A stretch of DNA of 64,000 nucleotides from Myxococcota bacterium (GTDB lineage: Bacteria > Myxococcota > UBA4151). The notes under the pieces are model-generated. The model ran no database searches and was not told where the DNA came from. It was given only the letters and a program-made list of their open reading frames with translations. Where the stretch lies: NCBI GenBank assembly GCA_036338695.1, contig JAYZBQ010000048.1:192001-256000 (forward strand), read 5' to 3'. The translations under genes and the position numbers were made by a program. Positions 20,995-28,516 of this stretch are shown piece after piece (within the stretch, counting starts at the first letter, position 1; the number at the start of each line of letters is the position of its first letter).

Positions 20995-22444
20995 AGCGTC
21001 GCTGTCGGACGATCTCGACCGCCTGATAGATAAGCACCAGCTCGCGCAGCAGCGAATCCGCTCGACCTCCCATCGCCTCGACCTCGGAGCGCACGGCGTC
21101 GATCACCGACCAGGCGAAGGTCTCATCGGCTGAGCGATCGACCAGCTGCTGCAGCGCGTCGATCACGTTGATCAACTGAGCGGCCATCCGAATCGAGGGC
21201 TCCGTCTCCTCAAGCGCCGGAACATCTTGCGGCGCGAGCGAGACGCCCGACTCATGCTCTACGCTCTGCCCGGCCTCGTCTTGGTAGACCACGTGACCAA
21301 AGAAGATGGGGTCACCTGGCTGGTCAGCTCCCGCCTCGAGCGCAAGCCGCAGGAACATACCGCCGCCACCGCGCGACAAGAAGACGGTCGGGACCGTCAA
21401 ACCGATGCAGCGCCCGGCTGGCTGACCATCACAACGCCCTGTTCCAGCACCCGCCAAACCATACGCATCAACGATCTCATAGCCGGCCGGCGCCAAGAGG
21501 CTGATCTCAAGGTCATAAGCGAGCGGGGTCACCATCAAGTCAAAGTCACGCTCGAACACGCGACGAATCTTCTCCGGTGTCTCGAGGTGGAAATAGTTCC
21601 CGCCGCGCACCTGCGACACTTGGTTCGCTAGGTCCGCACCAAAATCGATGCCCACGCCAAAGCTGCTCACGCCGATCCCGTCATCGGCTGCCTCCTCAAG
21701 GATGCGGACGAACGAGCGCCCGTCGCGCACGCCCTGGTTCGGGTGCATGTCGGTAAAGAGCATAGCGCGATGAAGCGTCGTGGTTCGATTCTCCTCGGTC
21801 AGGTTCAGGCGCAGCTGCTCAAAGCTTGCGTCCAAACCAGCGCCGATGTTCGTCCCCCCGCCCGCTTGGAGGCGGTCAACGGCGTCGCGCAGGCGCTGTT
21901 TCTCAGACCCAGCCGTCGGGCCGATCAGGACGGTCGCCTCATTATTGAACGTGACCAGACTGAACACGTCGTCGTCGTTGAGCGAATCAACCAAGCTGCG
22001 CAGCGCGTCGCGCGTCGCGCCGATCCGGTCGCCGCTCATCGAGCCGCTGACATCGACCGCCAGGCTGAGGTTTAAGGGCTTGCGCTCAAATGGGGTCTCG
22101 ATCCCCGTATCAAAACCGATCTGGACCAAGGTCTCCGAAGTGCCCTCAACGCCGATCAGGTCGACGGTTCCTACCCGCGCCTCAACGCACAAAGTTTGGC
22201 CGCTGAGGCAGGGCTCGGGGTTGGCAAAGCCTAGGTCATGCTCCGAGAAGATGCCTGCGTAGGTCAGCATCTCCCGGCTCGGCAAACTCCCCCGGTTCAA
22301 CATCTGCCGCGCAGCGCCGATGTCTTGTTGCCCGCCGGGCGTTGCGCCGAGATCCGCCTCTGCGGCAACGCTCGCCATCCCCAAGTCGCTCGAGCCGCAG
22401 GCGGCCGCCAAACCCATCACGCACCAAAACCCGAGCCGTCGCAT
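20993..22444 (-). CDS. von Willebrand factor A domain lipoprotein
   Basis: Lipobox LAAAC; MIDAS DVSGS; GGTNI, FTD, GGNY. Confidence 0.87.
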   Translation of the reverse strand: MRRLGFWCVMGLAAACGSSDLGMASVAAEADLGATPGGQQDIGAARQMLNRGSLPSREMLTYAGIFSEHDLGFANPEPCLSGQTLCVEARVGTVDLIGVEGTSETLVQIGFDTGIETPFERKPLNLSLAVDVSGSMSGDRIGATRDALRSLVDSLNDDDVFSLVTFNNEATVLIGPTAGSEKQRLRDAVDRLQAGGGTNIGAGLDASFEQLRLNLTEENRTTTLHRAMLFTDMHPNQGVRDGRSFVRILEEAADDGIGVSSFGVGIDFGADLANQVSQVRGGNYFHLETPEKIRRVFERDFDLMVTPLAYDLEISLLAPAGYEIVDAYGLAGAGTGRCDGQPAGRCIGLTVPTVFLSRGGGGMFLRLALEAGADQPGDPIFFGHVVYQDEAGQSVEHESGVSLAPQDVPALEETEPSIRMAAQLINVIDALQQLVDRSADETFAWSVIDAVRSEVEAMGGRADSLLRELVLIYQAVEIVRQRR

Positions 22445-22509
22445 GAAAATCTCCTCATCAACCAACGGAACGTTTGCCAGACCCTGGCTGCGCGTGCAAA
22501 CGCCCGGTC

Positions 22510-23637
22510 ATGATCAAGCCGGTTTGGGGCATCGTCGCAGCTGCAGGCAAGGCGCGTCGCTTTGGGCGCGATAAGCTCGCCCGGCGCCTCGAGGGTGGCG
22601 ATACGGTCCTCGTTCAGTCCTGCAAGCGCTTGCTCGAGGGCGGGGTCGAGCGCCTCGTGATCGTCGGCGACCCTGCCGAGGAACACGGCCTCGAGCAGCT
22701 CGAAGAGGCCCTTTTTGCGGTCGTCCCCGGAGGCGAAGAGCGCAGCGACAGCATCCGCGCAGGGCTTGAGGCCCTCCCCGATGAGGTCGAGTGGGTGGCC
22801 GTTCACGATGCGGCGCGCCCCTTCGTGAGCGCTGACTTGGTCCATGCGGTCATCAAGCAGGGGCAAAAAACCGGCGCCGCCGTCCCGACCCTTGAATGCG
22901 TCGACACCATCGCCGAGATCGAGGGTCATCACCTCAGGAAGCCGCTCAAACGCACACAACTCCGGCGGGTTCAGACCCCCCAAGTGATGAGGCGAGATTG
23001 GCTCGCACAGGTCGTCGAGCAGGCGGCGGCGACCGACGAGTCCAGCGTCCTCATGGCGCTCGGGCATCCCGTGGCCGCCGTGCCCGGTGATGAGGAGAAC
23101 ATCAAAGTGACCTACGCCCGAGATCTCGCCCCGAAGGCGCCGCGTAAAAGCGTCACCGCCATGGGTTTCGATGTCCACCGCTATGACCCTGGCCGCCCCC
23201 TCTACTTGGGGGGGGTGCACCTCGAAGGCGAGGTCGGGCTCGCCGGTCACAGCGACGCCGACGTGCTGCTCCATGCGCTCGTGGATGCGCTGCTTGGCGG
23301 GGTGAGCGAGGGCGATATCGGCACCCATTTCCCGCCGAGCGACGAGCGGTTTCGGGATGCGCCTTCGAGCCGCTTTGTCGAGCACGCGCTCAGGCTGGTC
23401 CGAGCGCGCGGCGCCGTCATCGACCACGTCGACCTCACCGTCATCGGCGAGCGCCCGCGCATGAGCCCCTACCGAGCGGCGATCCGCGCTCGCCTCAGCG
23501 AGCTGCTCGCGCTCCCCATCGAGTCCGTAAGCCTCAAGGCCACGACCACCGAAGGGCTCGGTTTTACAGGCCGAGGAGAAGGGCTTGCGGCGCAAGCGGT
23601 TGTCAGCCTAACGCTTCCGCTCACGACGGGAGCGTAG
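22510..23637 (+). CDS. ispDF: Bifunctional IspD/IspF
   Basis: VHDAARP, VQTPQ, NIKVTY; GFDVH, GHSDADV, GDIGTHFP, KATTTEGLG. Confidence 0.95.
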   Translation: MIKPVWGIVAAAGKARRFGRDKLARRLEGGDTVLVQSCKRLLEGGVERLVIVGDPAEEHGLEQLEEALFAVVPGGEERSDSIRAGLEALPDEVEWVAVHDAARPFVSADLVHAVIKQGQKTGAAVPTLECVDTIAEIEGHHLRKPLKRTQLRRVQTPQVMRRDWLAQVVEQAAATDESSVLMALGHPVAAVPGDEENIKVTYARDLAPKAPRKSVTAMGFDVHRYDPGRPLYLGGVHLEGEVGLAGHSDADVLLHALVDALLGGVSEGDIGTHFPPSDERFRDAPSSRFVEHALRLVRARGAVIDHVDLTVIGERPRMSPYRAAIRARLSELLALPIESVSLKATTTEGLGFTGRGEGLAAQAVVSLTLPLTTGA

Positions 23638-23640
23638 GCG

Positions 23641-24381
23641 ATGGACTGCCCAGGATGCGGAGCACGGCTCGAAGCGGACGCCACAAGCTGCCATCAGTGC
23701 GGGATGCGCTTCGACCACGACGAGGAGTTCTCGATCGACTGGGGCGCCATCGACCGCGCCCACCGCCGCCAGCGCCGACCGCTCTCGAGCAAGATCATGC
23801 CGCTGATCCTGTGGACGATCTCCATGGCGATGCTGATCTGGCTCGCCAGCCCCTATCAACCGATCACGCAGTACATCCTCGCTCAGGACGAAGCGGTCGA
23901 TCTGCGACAAGCGCTCAACGACAACCAAGCCTTCCCGCCTGACGGGACCTACGTCAGCGGCAAAGAGCTGGCGCTGGGTTACAAGGGTGCCGAGTGGATG
24001 CGCCTGCGTCGCTTCGGGATCACCCGTGAAGAGGTGGTCTACATCCAGATCATCGGCGCCGTCTGCCCGTACGAGATGCCGCGCGACCGCTGCCGAAAAG
24101 TGCTGATCGAGGTACCGAAATCGAGCGACGAGTTCGACAACTTCAGGCCCGCCACGGTGGTGAACGTGGACGGCCGGTTACGAAAAATCACGAAAGACAG
24201 CGAATTCGCTCCCTTGATCCCCTTTCTTGCCAGCGAGATGCTCATGGACGTCGACGGCGCCTACGTGATCGCGCACGGCGTCCGGCCCCGCTGGGGTCAA
24301 GACGCGTGGACCTTCTGGGGCGTCGTGGCGCTGATCACCCTCTTGCTGGGATTTTTCCTCTGGCGGCTAATCAGGAGCTGA
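23641..24381 (+). CDS. Hypothetical membrane protein with an N-terminal zinc ribbon
   Basis: CPGC-x10-CHQC and two hydrophobic segments. Confidence 0.7.
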   Translation: MDCPGCGARLEADATSCHQCGMRFDHDEEFSIDWGAIDRAHRRQRRPLSSKIMPLILWTISMAMLIWLASPYQPITQYILAQDEAVDLRQALNDNQAFPPDGTYVSGKELALGYKGAEWMRLRRFGITREEVVYIQIIGAVCPYEMPRDRCRKVLIEVPKSSDEFDNFRPATVVNVDGRLRKITKDSEFAPLIPFLASEMLMDVDGAYVIAHGVRPRWGQDAWTFWGVVALITLLLGFFLWRLIRS

Positions 24382-24523
24382 CACCAATTCAGCGTTCGCC
24401 AAATCGCAACTTTCTGGCTTTAGTTTTTATTTTTCCGCGCCTATGTAGCGCACGCTATGCGATAGGCTAATCTGTCGCCCGCAAGTTACGGATCGGCGAA
24501 GCGCCGATGAAAGGAAGTTGCCG

Positions 24524-26944
24524 ATGAACTATCGGATGATGTGTGTTGTAATGCTGTCCGGTGCGCTCGCTGCGTGCCAAGGGCCTGCGGGCGCAGACGG
24601 CGCGGCAGGACCCGCCGGCGAAACCGGCCCTCAGGGCGAACAAGGTGTCACAGGTGACAACGGCGCCGATGGTCAAGACCTGGCGGCGCCCGAAGCGGCG
24701 ATCGCCTCGGTTGCGCCCAACGCCTTGCTGGTCGGTCGCACCACCACCCTGCGGATTGTAGGGTACTTCACCGAATGGGATGAGACCACCACGGTCCGCC
24801 TGACGGACGCCGACAACAACGACGTCGAAGGTGTCGAGATCGAGACGGTGCTGGTCAGCGCGGTCGGTCTAGTCGCTAACGTCACCGTCGCAGACTCCGT
24901 AGCGCTCGGCGCCCTCAAGCTGCACGTCTTCACCGGCGAGACCTCCCAGGTCTACATGCCGGAAGGTGCCTCGGTCACCGTCACGGCGACGGCGACCTCC
25001 AGCCAGAGCGAGCTCCAAGCAGGCGAGACCTTCGACATCCTGCTCGAGACCGCCGAGTACATGGCGAGCCCGACCCTCAGCGTCGAAAACTGCGCCGGCG
25101 TGCGCAACGCCTCGATCGGTCGCTACAGCCAGTACAAATTCCGCGTCACCGGCTTCATGCACCCCGCCACCACGCTGGGTGATTGCGCCATGGTGCTCAC
25201 GCAAGACCCCGACACGGATGACGCCTGGTCGAGCGCAGTGGTCGTCACGATCACGGCGCCAGACGTCACCACCTTCACCGAAGGTGCCGCAACGGGTCAG
25301 CTGACCGCCGAGCGCAACTTCCGCACCGTGGCGGTCCCCGCCGGTGCCGGTGAGGTCGTCAGCCTGCGCCACACGATCGACGAAGCCAACAACCTCGACG
25401 GCACGGGCGCCGACATCTACGTCTTTGTCGAGGGCAACTACGAGCCGATCGCCGTGTATGAGGGCGGCGATCGCTGGCTCGAGGCCGCCAGCATCGAGGC
25501 GCGCGAGCTGCTGGTCGTGGTCCAAGACGCCGAACTTGAAGAGGGCGACGATCCGGTCACCTTCAACCTGACGCAGATCACCCCGAACACCACCATGACC
25601 GCGCTTCAAGACGGCGCCACCCAAGGCCAGCGCCTCCCGGCGAACGACGCCGGCGCCAACGAAGCCGGGCGCGGCAGCTGGTACACCATCACCAACGAAG
25701 GTCCGGTCTGGACGACACTGACCATCGCCCCTGCAGACGATACGACCTTTCAGTCGAGCTTCGCCGTGATCAAAGATGACGTCGTCGTCGACACGGGCGA
25801 GACCACTTGGGAGGGTGTACTCGAAGCCGGCACCTACATCCTCGCCGTGCTCGACGACGAGCAGGCGGAAGAGGACGGCGTGCTCAGCTTTGGTGTCGAG
25901 CTCAACCGCACCGTGCTCCTTCAGACGGACGAAAACGGAGCGGCGACGGGCACGCTGCAGACGGACGCAACAGATTCTTATCTGGTGACCGTCCCCGCAG
26001 GCCATGTGGCAACCTTTAGCGCCACGCGCGACGACAACGCCGACATCAACGTGAGCGCCTCGTGGGCGGGCTCCAACGATGTGATCGCAGAAGGCTCGGG
26101 CGATGTCACGGTTCCGTCTGCCGAAGGTGGGCTGTTGTTGGTCCGTCTGTCTGCTGACGGTGATTTGGGTGAGGGGGCCGCTTACAGTGCCTCGTTCAGC
26201 ACACAAGAAGCAGCCGTGTTGGACTTCGACAACGCCAACGAGGGCAGTGTCCCGGCGGATGGTCATGCATGGTTCATGGGATCACTTGAATCAGCAGCGC
26301 TGGTGTCGCTAACGGTTACTCCGGGGAACGCCGAGCACCTGCAAACCACAACAGCGATTTATTCGGGCACCGGTGCCCCGCTGATCAACGGTGCCGACAC
26401 ACTGGAAGCCTCGGTCGCCACCTCATTCTTCATCGCAGTTGGCGATGCTGAGTTCGTCGCGGAGCAGGACCAGTCATTCAGCCTCAATGTAAGCGCTGCG
26501 CCCAACTACATCGCGGACTGCTACGACGAGTCCACCTTGCTGGAAATGCCGGCAAACCAAACCAACACCTGGTCGGTTGAGGGAACGTGGACCAATACAA
26601 CGGCCATCGGTCCCACCAGTTGGAATGGAGCCGCTTACCCGATGGTGCCGTATGCATTGGTGGTACCTCAGGCTTCGACGCTAGACGCCTATCTGGAGGC
26701 AGGGTTTGACACCCGGTTGGTGGTACTGGCTGGCTGCACCACCACAAGCTTCTACAGTGGCAACACGGTAGCTCACAACGACGATGGCAATGACTGGAAC
26801 GGAAACGACCTCGGCCTCCGAAGTGGGGTTAACGGCGTCGCGCTCGAACCAGGCGTTTACCGTGTCGGCGTTGCTACCTACTCGGCTAATGGTGTCGCAC
26901 CAGGCAGTGAGTTCACACTAAACTGGCGCTTGCGAGCGCAGTAG
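24524..26944 (+). CDS. Collagen-like surface lipoprotein with repeated beta-sandwich/PPC-like domains
   Basis: Lipobox LAAC, 11 Gly-X-Y triplets, acidic Thr-rich beta domains, C-terminal FDT.L.V...NDD...LEPGVY. Confidence 0.8.
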   Translation: MNYRMMCVVMLSGALAACQGPAGADGAAGPAGETGPQGEQGVTGDNGADGQDLAAPEAAIASVAPNALLVGRTTTLRIVGYFTEWDETTTVRLTDADNNDVEGVEIETVLVSAVGLVANVTVADSVALGALKLHVFTGETSQVYMPEGASVTVTATATSSQSELQAGETFDILLETAEYMASPTLSVENCAGVRNASIGRYSQYKFRVTGFMHPATTLGDCAMVLTQDPDTDDAWSSAVVVTITAPDVTTFTEGAATGQLTAERNFRTVAVPAGAGEVVSLRHTIDEANNLDGTGADIYVFVEGNYEPIAVYEGGDRWLEAASIEARELLVVVQDAELEEGDDPVTFNLTQITPNTTMTALQDGATQGQRLPANDAGANEAGRGSWYTITNEGPVWTTLTIAPADDTTFQSSFAVIKDDVVVDTGETTWEGVLEAGTYILAVLDDEQAEEDGVLSFGVELNRTVLLQTDENGAATGTLQTDATDSYLVTVPAGHVATFSATRDDNADINVSASWAGSNDVIAEGSGDVTVPSAEGGLLLVRLSADGDLGEGAAYSASFSTQEAAVLDFDNANEGSVPADGHAWFMGSLESAALVSLTVTPGNAEHLQTTTAIYSGTGAPLINGADTLEASVATSFFIAVGDAEFVAEQDQSFSLNVSAAPNYIADCYDESTLLEMPANQTNTWSVEGTWTNTTAIGPTSWNGAAYPMVPYALVVPQASTLDAYLEAGFDTRLVVLAGCTTTSFYSGNTVAHNDDGNDWNGNDLGLRSGVNGVALEPGVYRVGVATYSANGVAPGSEFTLNWRLRAQ

Positions 26945-26955
26945 GGACTAGATCG

Positions 26956-28410
26956 ATGAAATATTCATTCGTAAGCCTGCTTGCAGGCGCCGCTTTGGTC
27001 GCCTGCGCACCGGGCCCGGACGGCGCTGACGGCGCCGCGGGCGTCCAGGGCGCGCAAGGCGCGCAGGGCGTTCAAGGAGAGCCCGGCGCGCCGGGGGCGG
27101 ACGCCCCCGCCCGTGAGGGGACCATCGTCTCGGTCACCACCGGGCCGGTCGTCGCTGGCGGCAGCGTCGAGATGCACGTCATGGGTCAATACACCGAGTG
27201 GACGGAAGCGCCGACCATCACCACCGAGTACGAGGGCCTGAGCGTCAGCACCGTGGTGACCAGCCCGGTCAGCCTGATCGTGACGATCACGGCGGCTGAA
27301 GACGTGCGCGGCGGCGAAGCGGACCTGATCATGGGTGACTTGCAGCTGCCCAAAACCGTCGAGGTGATCCCGGCGGCGCGTTTTGTCCTCGACGAGGGAC
27401 AAGAGCAACCCTTGCGCCCCGGGCAACCCTTCACAGGGACCATCGTGTTCGCTGAAGGCTTTGGCGCGATCGGCAGCACCGGCGTTCGCTTCAACGCTAC
27501 CGACGAGGACCCGGTCAAGGTCGTCCTGACCGAACAGCTCGCCTTTGAAGGGTCGTCCGATCTCGGGGTCTCCGGGATCACGGTCGAGGGCTTCGTCTCG
27601 CCCAGCGCGGCGTCCGGCGCCAGCGACTGGCGCGTGGTCACCATGGACCAAACGCAGACGATCCCCGTCTTCGATGCCATCCAAGTCGCTGACCAGCCGG
27701 CGGTCGATCTCGCCCTCGGTGGCACGCTCGACGCTAGCCTTGAGACGGGCTTTGGTCTGTTTCGCTTGGTGCGCGGTGAAGCTGGCGTGATCCCGGCCGG
27801 GACCGTGGTGCGCGTCGAGGCGCTGAGCGCGGACTTCCCGGTGACCATGGTCGCCTCGCTCCCCGCTTCTGGGGACGATCCACCGGTCGCGTGGTCGAAC
27901 ACCGACACCGTGGTCGACGTCACGACGAACACGATCGAGTTCATCGCCCCGCGCACCGCCGCCTACTTCCTGAGCATCGACCACGAAGAGGGCAGTGAAG
28001 GCGCTGAGTTCACCTTTACCGCCAGCGCCACCGAAGTTCAGATGCAGGTCGCCAACGGCGAGCCCACCGAGGTGACGCTTGAGCGCCCCGGCCACGGCGC
28101 CTGGTTTGCCCGCCAGATTACTGCTGGGCAACGCGTGACCTGGTCCGCCAGTGTACCGGACGAGAGCGACTACACACCTGCCGCATATATCCTCAGGAAC
28201 TTCACCGATGATGACGGTGTCGACGTCTTCGGTCAGACTCTGCTCATCGGTGGGCAGAGCTTGATCACGGGATGGCGTTTCACCGCCTATGGTCGCGGCG
28301 TTGCGTGGCCGGAGCAATGGGGTGAGTCGCTGTTCATCTGGCGCGTCGTGGACGCTCAGCTAGGCGGCGGCGGCGGCTACACGCTGTCCTTTACGGGGAA
28401 CGTCGAGTAA
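26956..28410 (+). CDS. Second collagen-like lipoprotein, paralog of the upstream gene
   Basis: Lipobox LVAC, 10 Gly-X-Y triplets, shared I.SV...G......G..TEW domain. Confidence 0.8.
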   Translation: MKYSFVSLLAGAALVACAPGPDGADGAAGVQGAQGAQGVQGEPGAPGADAPAREGTIVSVTTGPVVAGGSVEMHVMGQYTEWTEAPTITTEYEGLSVSTVVTSPVSLIVTITAAEDVRGGEADLIMGDLQLPKTVEVIPAARFVLDEGQEQPLRPGQPFTGTIVFAEGFGAIGSTGVRFNATDEDPVKVVLTEQLAFEGSSDLGVSGITVEGFVSPSAASGASDWRVVTMDQTQTIPVFDAIQVADQPAVDLALGGTLDASLETGFGLFRLVRGEAGVIPAGTVVRVEALSADFPVTMVASLPASGDDPPVAWSNTDTVVDVTTNTIEFIAPRTAAYFLSIDHEEGSEGAEFTFTASATEVQMQVANGEPTEVTLERPGHGAWFARQITAGQRVTWSASVPDESDYTPAAYILRNFTDDDGVDVFGQTLLIGGQSLITGWRFTAYGRGVAWPEQWGESLFIWRVVDAQLGGGGGYTLSFTGNVE

Positions 28411-28432
28411 CGCTCAACGCCCCCTCACCGAC

Positions 28433-28472
28433 GCACAAACCGCTCGCCATTTGGCGGGCGGTTTGTGCTTTT
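28433..28472 (+). terminator. Intrinsic terminator after the collagen-lipoprotein pair
   Basis: GCACAAACCGCTCGCCA-tt-TGGCGGGCGGTTTGTGC followed by TTTT. Confidence 0.8.
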
Positions 28473-28516
28473 GATAGCCGGTAGCGCCCCGGCACGAAGC
28501 GCGCTAACGTTCCGAT

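Noticed and set aside
26480..26944. AAC-rich C-terminus (also 5040-5280) as a diversity-generating retroelement target
   Set aside because: I saw no second copy differing only at adenines and no reverse transcriptase in the window.
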